From IMG/VR virus record IMGVR_UViG_3300001750_000002, positions 1 through 43,502 of that record: a stretch of DNA of 43,502 nucleotides. The stretch is one strand, 5' to 3'. This document shows positions 1 through 8,267 of the stretch, piece after piece. Source of the stretch: a virus. Each line of letters begins with the position of its first letter. The first letter of the stretch is position 1. The position numbers were made by a program, and so were the translations under genes. The notes beneath the pieces are model-generated. The model was not told where the DNA came from and did no database searches. It saw only the letters and a program-made list of their open reading frames with translations.

Positions 1-1164
1 GCCGGACCGGCTCGACGCGTCACGACGTCGATAAAAGCGGACACGCCCACACCGGCGACCTGGTATTGACGATCGACGGCAAAGACGTGCTGCCGGGTGA
101 GGATAAGCAGCTTTACGCCAGTTTTTTCCGCAACGCCGCGCCGTTTTTCCCCGGTATCGGCCACTATAAGTGGGGCGTGCACGTCGGTAGCGGCACGACG
201 GCCGCCTGGGGTCCGACCAAATCGAAACGCTCGCTTGATCCGGTATTCGCAGCGGCGATCCGGGACGGACGTACCGGCCGTAAACCCAAAGAGATCGCGC
301 CAGGCCTTGTGGCCGATGCTACGCCGTCCGTGGCGCCAGGGAGTGCTGTTCCGGGGCCGAAACCCAATCCGCGCGGTATTGCGCCGCGCGAAGCTGTAGC
401 GTCGCCGCGCGAAGTTCCTCGGCAAGCCGTGGATGTGCGGCAACTGGTCGCGGATGTCACGAGTGCGTTCAATCTGCCGGAACCTGAGCTTCCATCGAAT
501 GTGACGGGCACGTTCGCGCCGCCACCAGTAGCCTCGTCGGGCGGCACTGCGATCGGAACTGGCGGTTTCGATATCCCGGCGCAAGACACTTTCATCACAC
601 CCGTGGGTGAGGGCGCTGTGCCTGGCCCTGTACCTTCACCTGTAGCGGCTGCCGAGGTCGATCCCCTCAGCGGCCAACCGGATGGTCCGGTGGCGGTCGT
701 TGCGGGTGTTTTCGATCCGACACAGTTTGGAGCCGTATTGATCCAAGAACCTGCTGCCGACACCCCAGCGGCAGTAGTCGGAGACGGTATCGCATCTACC
801 GTCCCCACCCCAGCGCCGGAAACCGCACTTGTACCCCCGGCGCCGGTGCCCGCTGCCGAAACAACCGCCACCCCGGTCGCGGCAGCGGGCACGCCTATCG
901 ATCTCAGTCGGCCGCGTATCGATAACGCGGATGGTTCTTTTTCAACTGAGCGCACGATCACAATTGACGAACAGACATCGGAAGGTCAGCGTTTTTTTAA
1001 CATCCCGACCATTGTGAACGGACAGGAGTTGAGCGAAGAGGACGCTGTCGCGCTGTTCCGTGCCGGGCGAAACCCGGCAGTCGGTACGTTCGGCACGTTG
1101 AACGAAGCGTTACAGGCCGCGCAAGCACGATCAAACCGGATCGGCGAGCTTCGTGGTGCACCCG
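1..1164. repeat. terminal direct repeat, copy 1 (identical to 42339-43502)
   Basis: The window start (gccggaccggctcgacgcgtcacg...) recurs at 42339, an offset of 42338. ORF-track pairs 97-399/42435-42737, 164-961/42502-43299 and 829-1017/43167-43355 give identical translations. The window ends (…gtgcacccg) exactly at the equivalent of base 1164. Confidence 0.95.
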
Positions 1165-2828
1165 CCGATGTGTTTGATCCGACACAGTTCGGCGCCGTTC
1201 CGATCGATGAACCACTTCCGGCACCGGTCGAGGGCAGCGCTGTATCGACTGCCGCGCCGGCTTCTGCGGCGACCGTTTCCGAAGATCCGGGCTTCTTCGA
1301 CCGGATCGGGGAGCGTCTGAGCGTTCGCGGCAAGCAGTTTGAGCAAATCGGCCGCCGTATCGGGGGTCAAACGACCGAAGAGACCTTGCTGCAGAGCGCC
1401 GGCACGACGGTCGGGGGCGCGTTTGACGTGCTCGGCGAAGCGATCGCGACGGCCGGGAGCGGTGTCGCCGATGTGTTTAACTCGCTTGCCCCGGAGACAG
1501 GACAAGCGATTGCGGACGCTTGGGCGGCTGCTGTGGGGTCTGACGTTGCGCAGGCCGGACTTGCGGCACTTCAGGCGGGACAAGAGACGTACGGCGTTTG
1601 GGCGGCGGAAAATCCGCGTGCAGCGGCCAATCTGGAGGCTTTTGTGAATATCGGATTGGCCGCCGCGCCGACACCCAAAGGCTTGCGCGCGCCGGGTACC
1701 GCCAGAAAGACTCCGATCGGCAGGGCCGGCGCGCGTGTCGAGGCGCGCGCAGTGACTCAGGAAGCTGCAACCAAGAAAGCTTTCGTTGATGACCTGATCT
1801 TGCCAAAACAGACACCGACGGTGCTTGCGGAACAGGCGGGGCGGACTGATCCGAAAGGTTTGGTCGGTTTAACGTCGACGCAGGCGGATATGGCGAGCGC
1901 GGTGACCAAAGTACCGACTGTGAAATCGTCCAATACGCTGCGCGAGAACCTGCAGGCGGTCACAACCGAAGTCACCAAGGCGGCGAGCGCGCTCGAGACT
2001 GAGCTCGCTGCCAAAGGTCTTAAGATACCTCGGCGCATCGTGGATGCGGAGTTTGATGATCTGCTTACAGCAGCCAAGGCGACGCCCTCGGTCGGCGCCA
2101 AGCCGGGTAATGCCATGAAAAAGGCGATCGATGTTGCCAAATCTAAGATTGGTAAGAGCCCGACGGCGACCAGCTTACTTGACGCGCGACGATCGTTTGA
2201 TGTCAGCGTGCTGCGTTCCGGTATCAAACTAAAGCCAGGTCCGAAGGCGACGGCGGCGGCTGAGGCGGCGGCCGAAGTGCGCCGAACCATGAATGATCTA
2301 ATCGCACGCTTCGCGCCGGATGTTGACGTACGGGGTAGCCTGCGAAAGCAATCCGATCTGTTGAGCGCGGCTGACAATATCAGCGCTAAGGCAGGTGCCG
2401 AGGCGACGACGCCGATCCGTCGGCTGATACAACGGCTCGAGAAGCGTGCCTCTCTCAAACAATCGATCGCGGGCCTTGCGACTTTGGCGACGGTCGGCAT
2501 CGGATCGAGTATCGTCGATGCCGGTGTGCTGGCCAGCGGAGCATTGATCGCGATCAGCGGCAAGAAAATCCTCATGTCGTCGCAGACGAAACGCGCGCTT
2601 GCCGGGCTCTTGCGCGAGACCGATCTTGCAATCCGAGTTGCTGGTCGTGGGGCTAAACGCGCGCAGGATTTGCGTGCGGATCGTGCAGTGCTTATAGATA
2701 TGCTCAGAGACAGCGAAGTCGTGAACCGTGAGCGTCGTGCGCCGTCAACAACATCCCGGCCTGCACGACCGAGCGGAACATCTTCCTTGGGCGACCGATT
2801 GCGTGAGCAGTTCGGCGCGGCAGGTTGA
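1..2828 (+). CDS. large internal-virion / DNA-ejection protein, 3' part (gene starts at ATG 42182 and crosses the circular junction; 994 aa in total)
   Basis: Same frame as track ORF 66-2828. Hand translation from ATG 42182 shows no in-frame stop up to the repeat. Contains Pro/Ala-rich linkers, a duplicated VFDPTQFGAV(L/P)I(Q/D)EP motif and a C-terminal hydrophobic segment (SIAGLATLATVGIGSSIVDAGVLASGALIAISG). It is the last and largest of the genes following the gp10-like and needle-like genes, as for P22-type ejection proteins. Confidence 0.8.
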   Translation, partial: RTGSTRHDVDKSGHAHTGDLVLTIDGKDVLPGEDKQLYASFFRNAAPFFPGIGHYKWGVHVGSGTTAAWGPTKSKRSLDPVFAAAIRDGRTGRKPKEIAPGLVADATPSVAPGSAVPGPKPNPRGIAPREAVASPREVPRQAVDVRQLVADVTSAFNLPEPELPSNVTGTFAPPPVASSGGTAIGTGGFDIPAQDTFITPVGEGAVPGPVPSPVAAAEVDPLSGQPDGPVAVVAGVFDPTQFGAVLIQEPAADTPAAVVGDGIASTVPTPAPETALVPPAPVPAAETTATPVAAAGTPIDLSRPRIDNADGSFSTERTITIDEQTSEGQRFFNIPTIVNGQELSEEDAVALFRAGRNPAVGTFGTLNEALQAAQARSNRIGELRGAPADVFDPTQFGAVPIDEPLPAPVEGSAVSTAAPASAATVSEDPGFFDRIGERLSVRGKQFEQIGRRIGGQTTEETLLQSAGTTVGGAFDVLGEAIATAGSGVADVFNSLAPETGQAIADAWAAAVGSDVAQAGLAALQAGQETYGVWAAENPRAAANLEAFVNIGLAAAPTPKGLRAPGTARKTPIGRAGARVEARAVTQEAATKKAFVDDLILPKQTPTVLAEQAGRTDPKGLVGLTSTQADMASAVTKVPTVKSSNTLRENLQAVTTEVTKAASALETELAAKGLKIPRRIVDAEFDDLLTAAKATPSVGAKPGNAMKKAIDVAKSKIGKSPTATSLLDARRSFDVSVLRSGIKLKPGPKATAAAEAAAEVRRTMNDLIARFAPDVDVRGSLRKQSDLLSAADNISAKAGAEATTPIRRLIQRLEKRASLKQSIAGLATLATVGIGSSIVDAGVLASGALIAISGKKILMSSQTKRALAGLLRETDLAIRVAGRGAKRAQDLRADRAVLIDMLRDSEVVNRERRAPSTTSRPARPSGTSSLGDRLREQFGAAG

Positions 2829-2840
2829 AAGGCGCGAGAT

Positions 2841-2981
2841 ATGTGGGCATGGATTATACTGGGCGTAGCAGTGGCGGCGCTCTTGTATTGGATGGCCGAT
2901 AAGATCGAGAGACTGGAACGCAAGACCGAGGCGCTTGAGAGCGATCTTGGCGCATTGACCAAAACGAGCGGGACGCGATAA
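2841..2981 (+). CDS. small membrane protein (46 aa)
   Basis: Read by hand because it is below the track cutoff. ATG at 2841; TAA 2979-2981 overlaps the next ATG (TAATG). Sequence MWAWIILGVAVAALLYWMADKIERLERKTEALESDLGALTKTSGTR has one N-terminal TM helix and a short coiled coil. Confidence 0.45.
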   Translation: MWAWIILGVAVAALLYWMADKIERLERKTEALESDLGALTKTSGTR

Positions 2982-4621
2982 TGGCCGCAATACTTGACGA
3001 ACACACTCAGTATGTGGATACCGGCGGTCGACCTCTTGTCAACGGTAAGCTCTACATTGGCGACGATAGCGCGGACCCCGTAGCCAACCCGAAAACGATC
3101 TACTCCGATCGCGCCTTGACGGTAGTCGCCTCTAATCCTCAAACGCTCGATGCCAATGGGCGGACTACTGTCAAGCTCTACATCAGTGGTAAATACTCGC
3201 TTCAGGTCGACGATAGTAACGATGTTCAGGTCTATCAGAACCTCGATGCTGGTGAGGCGGCCTTAGCTGTATCGCTTACCGGACTGACCGGCGTTGTTGG
3301 CGGCGATACGATCACGGCGCAGGCCGTGCCGACCCTTACGGCTTATGAAGACCTATCGCAGTTCATATTCACCGCTACGCAGGTAAACACGGGCGTTGTG
3401 ACGTTGAACATCGACGGCATCGGCGCGAAATCGGTTCTGAAGAACCACGACGAAGCGCTGGTCGGCGGTGAGATCGAGGCCGATCAGGTCGTGATCGTCA
3501 TCTACAACGCTACCGATGACGTGTTCGAGATCACGAACCAGAACGTCGCGCCGCAGATCCAGAACGCCAAGGATCACTCGAACGTCAATTATACGGCCTC
3601 GGCAGGCTCTTACGTCGTAACGGGGACCGATCAGCATCACCTGATCGATTTCACGGCAGGCGGTACTTTGTTTCTGCTTGGTGCGGCGGATCTGGGTGAT
3701 GGCTACGTGCTTCACGCCAAGAACAGCACAGCTGGACGTATTCCGATAAACCCACTCGCGGCCGAGCTAATTGATGGTCTTACCATATACGCGCTCGGAC
3801 CGAATGCGACCGTGACGATGGTAAGTGACGGTGTGGGCTGGCACACTATTTCGCTCTCAGATGATATCGGAGGTCGGATTTCCGGTTTAACCACGTCAAA
3901 CGCTACGGATGCCGCTCATGACATAAGCATTACCCCCGGCAGATGCGATGATGACAGCGCGACACCTGTGTTGATGTCCAGCGGCGGCGTTATCACGAAA
4001 CAGATAGACGCGGTATGGGTGGCTGGTTCCGGCGCGGGCGGTCTCGATGCGGGTGTCGTCGCGGCCGATACGTGGTACCATATTTTCATCATTCAAAACA
4101 CGGTAACAGGCGCTGTAGACGCGCTGTTTTCGACATCGGTTTCGGCTCCGACTTTACCGACCGACTATACTCGGCAACGCCGTATCGGCTCCGTTCTGAC
4201 CGATGGATCGGCCAACATCATACCCTATAATCAAGTTGTCGATGAGTGGCTGTGGGAGACCGCAGTTCAAGAGTTTAACGACACCAATCCGGGCACCTCG
4301 GCGCTCACCAAAACAGTGACGGTGCCGACCGGCCTCAAAGTGGAGTGGCGTGGCGTGGGATCTTACCGGGTTACCAACTCGGCTACGGATGAGGGTGCCT
4401 ATTTTACACCGATCGACGAAGTGCCGGATGTCGCGGCTACCGATCTCAATGGACAGCTTGTGGTGACGGATTCCGGCGGCGATGAAAGAGCTTCGTCGGA
4501 ACTCCGTATTCTCACCAACACTTCTGCGCAGATACGCGTTCGCGTCAGCATCAGTCAGCTTAACGACCGAGTAGCCGGCACCACTTACGGATGGCGCGAC
4601 ACGCGCGGGAGGGTGACTTGA
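2981..4621 (+). CDS. tail fibre / tailspike-type protein
   Basis: The N-terminus (...YVDTGGRPLVNGKLYIGDDSADPVANPKTIYSDRALTVVASNPQTLDANGRTTVKLYISGKYSLQVDDSNDVQVYQN) resembles the conserved N-terminal anchor of podovirus tail fibre/tailspike proteins. It is 546 aa and starts a run of receptor-binding-type genes. Confidence 0.7.
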   Translation: MAAILDEHTQYVDTGGRPLVNGKLYIGDDSADPVANPKTIYSDRALTVVASNPQTLDANGRTTVKLYISGKYSLQVDDSNDVQVYQNLDAGEAALAVSLTGLTGVVGGDTITAQAVPTLTAYEDLSQFIFTATQVNTGVVTLNIDGIGAKSVLKNHDEALVGGEIEADQVVIVIYNATDDVFEITNQNVAPQIQNAKDHSNVNYTASAGSYVVTGTDQHHLIDFTAGGTLFLLGAADLGDGYVLHAKNSTAGRIPINPLAAELIDGLTIYALGPNATVTMVSDGVGWHTISLSDDIGGRISGLTTSNATDAAHDISITPGRCDDDSATPVLMSSGGVITKQIDAVWVAGSGAGGLDAGVVAADTWYHIFIIQNTVTGAVDALFSTSVSAPTLPTDYTRQRRIGSVLTDGSANIIPYNQVVDEWLWETAVQEFNDTNPGTSALTKTVTVPTGLKVEWRGVGSYRVTNSATDEGAYFTPIDEVPDVAATDLNGQLVVTDSGGDERASSELRILTNTSAQIRVRVSISQLNDRVAGTTYGWRDTRGRVT

Positions 4622-5028
4622 TGTTTTATGTTAGGCGTGACGAGCGGGGTGTTGTGCGTGGCTTGAACCGCTGGCCGCCGGTGACCGGTCCGATCGAACG
4701 TTTGAACGTCGACGATCCGGAGGTTATGTCTTACCTGGAGCCGCAATCATCGGCTACGGCCGGACCTGTTTTGCGTGGAGCGCAATTCGAGGCGGCTCTC
4801 GTGTTTTTGAACGTCACATATGATGCTTTGGAAGGCGAGATAGATATCATGTCCGGTCTCACCGACCCGCAGAGAGCCTACCACAGAGCGCGCTGTCGGC
4901 GCGGTGAGCGCTATCGGCGTGACGATCCCGTGATAGTGCCGGCGTTGCGCGCGCTCGGCGCGACCGATGCAGAGCTCGACAAAGCGTGGGCGGCGGCGAA
5001 AGACTTGGCCGGGAGTGAAGCGGTATGA
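4621..5028 (+). CDS. hypothetical protein (possibly fibre-associated)
   Basis: ATG 4621 overlaps the fibre gene stop (TGATG) and is in frame with track ORF 4591-5028. Its stop overlaps the next start (ATGA). No motifs recognised. Confidence 0.55.
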   Translation: MFYVRRDERGVVRGLNRWPPVTGPIERLNVDDPEVMSYLEPQSSATAGPVLRGAQFEAALVFLNVTYDALEGEIDIMSGLTDPQRAYHRARCRRGERYRRDDPVIVPALRALGATDAELDKAWAAAKDLAGSEAV

Positions 5029-5804
5029 CGCTCGGGAAAGGCCGCGCGGAAGCGATTACAGACGACGATTTCGCTGTGCTGGCGGATAGTCTAGGCGCGC
5101 ACCCGGCTGTCCTGGAGGCGATTGCGAACGTCGAGAGTCAGGGTTTTGGCTGGTTCTCAGACGGGCGCATGAAAATCCTTTTTGAAAAACATTGGTTCTT
5201 CAAGCTCGCGTCTGCCGACGTACTCGAACAGGCGCTGCGCGAAGGCCTAGCGCGGGCCAAATGGATATCTCCGGGCAAAGGCGGTTATCGTGAGCAACGG
5301 TCTTCCGGGCAACGCTACGACATTCTCGCCTCAGCTATAGACTTGGATGAGGAAGCGGCTTACCGGTCGATATCCATGGGCCGGTTTCAGATTATGGGCT
5401 TCAATTATACCGCCTGTGGGTATCAAAGCGCGCGGGAAATGTTTGACAGTTTCGTTGACAGCGAAGTCAACCAGCTTGGTGCCTTCGCGGCCTATCTGGA
5501 ACATGCCAAGCTGTTGTCGGCACTGAAATCGCGCGACTTCGCGACGATCGAGAAGCGCTACAACGGCGGCGGTTTGAACGGCGAGTATGCACGACGCATG
5601 AAAGTCGAATACGATAAGCTTCGCGGCGCCAAGTGGCTCGGCTACGTGCCGGGGTCGAACGTGCCGACGACGCGGCTTGACAGACCGCCGACGTCGTCAC
5701 GACCGGAGAAATCGGCGGGCGGTCTGGCCGGACTTATCGCGCGTCTTTTAGGCGTGATTTTTGGTGCTTTCAGCAAGAAATCGAGAGACGGACGCAATGG
5801 CTGA
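5025..5804 (+). CDS. endolysin, N-acetylmuramidase family (PF11860/DUF3380-like) with C-terminal hydrophobic helix
   Basis: The stretch ...LEAIANVESQGFGWFSDGRMKILFEKHWF...YRSISMGRFQIMGFNYTACGY...FVDSEVNQLGAFAAYL...IEKRYNGGGLNGEYARRM matches my memory of the phage N-acetylmuramidase domain. The C-terminus reads GGLAGLIARLLGVIFGAFSKKSRDGRNG. Confidence 0.8.
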   Translation: MTLGKGRAEAITDDDFAVLADSLGAHPAVLEAIANVESQGFGWFSDGRMKILFEKHWFFKLASADVLEQALREGLARAKWISPGKGGYREQRSSGQRYDILASAIDLDEEAAYRSISMGRFQIMGFNYTACGYQSAREMFDSFVDSEVNQLGAFAAYLEHAKLLSALKSRDFATIEKRYNGGGLNGEYARRMKVEYDKLRGAKWLGYVPGSNVPTTRLDRPPTSSRPEKSAGGLAGLIARLLGVIFGAFSKKSRDGRNG

Positions 5805-7101
5805 CATCAATGTTTCGACCTCGGCAGAGTTTCTGAGCGCCCTATCTTCTTCCGCGCCAGGTGATGACATTCTGCTTGCGCCGGGCATCGTTTACGACAC
5901 GGGCGGCGACAAGACCTACGTCAAGACGGGGCGAGTGACCGTCAAGAGTGCTGATCCGGACAATCAAGCAGAGATCGGTGGAGGTTTTCGGCTCGTTGAT
6001 TCCGCATTCCTGAGGCTCGAAAATATTTTCTTCAATGAGCCTTCTTTCGGCGATGCTGCCGTTGCCTTGAGGATCAAGAATTCGGACGACATGCAGGTCT
6101 ACAACTGCCGTATCGAAGGCGGAAAGACCGGCGCACAGTTCTTCGGCGGAAACAATCTTGAGGTCGTCGGTAACTTCTTCGACAACCATCGGGTTGATCA
6201 CGTGAAGTTCGCGGGCGTGACGAACTTCCTGATCGAGAACAACCACGGCGGCGGCCACATGTCGCCCAACCCGGCGCCCGACGATCACATGGATTTCATC
6301 CAATTCCAAGGCGACGGAACGGATGGCGTCATTCGTGGCAACACATTCTTTGTTAAAACGACGCAGTCACCCGTCGACGGCAGCGGCAAAATCCATCAAG
6401 GAATATTTCTCAACGATGGCGACTTCACCCGCATCGTCATTGAGGATAACCTGATATACACCACGGCGAGCAACGCAATTTACGTGCGAAACGCCACTGA
6501 CATTACGATCAGACGCAACACCATTCTCGAGATTCAGGGAGCGACACAGAGCCCGCAGATTCGCTTGGTCGATCCGATCGGCGGCAACGTTGTCGAGCCG
6601 AACAACGTTGGCAGCCACGGTTCGTCGGAACTGGTTTTGCAGCATGACAATCCCGCCGGCGCAAACTACTACAATGATGTCTACCAAAATGCGACGGTTG
6701 GCCTCGCTGCCGTCATCGAAGATTTCCGGCCCGTTCCGGGTGGTCCCGCCGATTTCGGCAGCGGTATGGGAGCCGAGAGACGCATCGCCGAATTGCTAGA
6801 TGAAAATGGAGGTTCGATACCATCTATGAGTTTTACGTATTCAATTGAAACGGCAGTAGACCCGGCTGTTGGAGCGTTGGTCATTGATGACCCGGCGACT
6901 GGGGATATGACATTTACTCCTGTTGCGGATGTAGTTGGCAACACCTCATTCCAGTATCGCAAAGCCAGCGACATTTTCGGCAATCACGCGATTGGCACGA
7001 TTCAGGTCAACGTGGTTCCACCTACGGTGATTGCTCCGGATGGCAACTTGTCAGTCGACGCGAATACGCCGAAGTCGTTCAACGTCGAAAGCGTTTCCTA
7101 G
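5797..7101 (+). CDS. right-handed parallel beta-helix protein (putative polysaccharide depolymerase / tailspike) with C-terminal Ig/cadherin-like segment
   Basis: ATG 5797 (MADINVSTSAEF...) is in frame with track ORF 5761-7101 and overlaps the endolysin stop by 8 nt. Beta-helix-type repeats are present: NSDDMQVYNCRIEGGKTGAQFFGGNNLEVVGNFFDNHRVDHVKFAGVTNFLIENNH and IYVRNATDITIRRNTI. The C-terminus reads ...LVIDDPATGDMTFTPVADVVGNTSFQYRKASDIFGNHAIGTIQVNVV. Confidence 0.7.
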   Translation: MADINVSTSAEFLSALSSSAPGDDILLAPGIVYDTGGDKTYVKTGRVTVKSADPDNQAEIGGGFRLVDSAFLRLENIFFNEPSFGDAAVALRIKNSDDMQVYNCRIEGGKTGAQFFGGNNLEVVGNFFDNHRVDHVKFAGVTNFLIENNHGGGHMSPNPAPDDHMDFIQFQGDGTDGVIRGNTFFVKTTQSPVDGSGKIHQGIFLNDGDFTRIVIEDNLIYTTASNAIYVRNATDITIRRNTILEIQGATQSPQIRLVDPIGGNVVEPNNVGSHGSSELVLQHDNPAGANYYNDVYQNATVGLAAVIEDFRPVPGGPADFGSGMGAERRIAELLDENGGSIPSMSFTYSIETAVDPAVGALVIDDPATGDMTFTPVADVVGNTSFQYRKASDIFGNHAIGTIQVNVVPPTVIAPDGNLSVDANTPKSFNVESVS

Positions 7102-7157
7102 AGACGCGTTCACGGGTCGGTATGCTGCCTTAACGCATTCAAGAAAGGCGAGCCGGA

Positions 7158-8267
7158 ATGCCTAACGTTTATATCGACGCAGATGTTGCGTCTGGTGGAA
7201 CCGGTGAGGAACTCGATCCTTATGGTGGGTGGACCGAGGCTTGGGCGGCTGAAGACGGCAACATTGATCCGGGCGAGACCTGGAATTTCTATTTCCGCGG
7301 TACTACTGCAGACACCATAACAGCGCCAATAGTGCTGAATGGCTGGCCTACGGCTGGCGCCGGCGACGTGATTTTGAATTTCCTGCCCTGGCCGGGCGCC
7401 GACGACGGGCAATACACGGGCGACGCCAACTACAGCACCAGCCACTATCGCCTCGAAGGAGCTCTCGCAAATAACCGCGCCTTAATCGAGATCGAGGGCG
7501 ACGACGAGACGACCGACGTTCGCCAGGTCAACATCGAGAATCTTCAATTCACATCATCTGGTACGGGCAGCGTCGCCATAGGGTTGATGGTCGAAGACGG
7601 GGCGTCAGGTGCGATCAACATCCGCGGAAATCGCATCAAAGTGACCGGCGGCACGAACTTCGCGCGCGCTATCAGAGTGGCGGCTCTGACATCAGCTATT
7701 TCAGGCGAATTCGTGAACAATCTGATTTGCTACGCCAACAATGACAACATGTCGGCATTCAACCTTAATGATGCCGCCATAACCCTCGATATCTACAACA
7801 ATACCGTAGTCTACAGTGATGCGAGTGGTGGAGAAGATGGTGTCGATGATGTGTCAGGCGTCACCACAGATATTCAAGGCAATGTCTTCTATGCCGAAGG
7901 CGGAACTGGCTTCATAGAGCTTGATATCGCCGGGACGGCCACGATCGACTACAACGCTCATGTGGAGGCCGCCGATCGTGGCGCGAACGGAACCGATGTC
8001 GTGCAGGCAGATTTCACGAGCTTCGGCACCGGTGACGCAGATGAGTTGACACCGGCAGCAAGTCAGACGAACAATTGGGCGACGGTTGGCGAAACCAATG
8101 CTGACAATTCCAAGGTCCCGACGGTCGACATTAGGGGTAATGCTCGCAACACTGGCGCGGGTCAAAATACCGCGATAGGCTGTTTTGCTGCCGCAGGCGA
8201 GGGCGGTAGTGGGGGCGGCATCATCCCGCAAGTCTATCACGCGCGACATCACAATAGGGCAATGTAA
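7158..8267 (+). CDS. second beta-helix-type tail protein (putative depolymerase/fibre)
   Basis: Repeats NIENLQFTSSGTGSVAIGLMVEDGASGAINIRGNRIKVTGGTNFARAIRV, NNLICYANNDN and IYNNTVVY are present. The stop overlaps the next ATG (TAATG). Confidence 0.65.
   Translation: MPNVYIDADVASGGTGEELDPYGGWTEAWAAEDGNIDPGETWNFYFRGTTADTITAPIVLNGWPTAGAGDVILNFLPWPGADDGQYTGDANYSTSHYRLEGALANNRALIEIEGDDETTDVRQVNIENLQFTSSGTGSVAIGLMVEDGASGAINIRGNRIKVTGGTNFARAIRVAALTSAISGEFVNNLICYANNDNMSAFNLNDAAITLDIYNNTVVYSDASGGEDGVDDVSGVTTDIQGNVFYAEGGTGFIELDIAGTATIDYNAHVEAADRGANGTDVVQADFTSFGTGDADELTPAASQTNNWATVGETNADNSKVPTVDIRGNARNTGAGQNTAIGCFAAAGEGGSGGGIIPQVYHARHHNRAM

Noticed and set aside
1757-3142. 461-aa minus-strand ORF, and similar ORFs at 164-961, 986-1333 and 9497-10375
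   Set aside because: They are antisense shadows of the ejection-protein and fibre genes. They break the tight plus-strand operon with its overlapping start/stop codons.
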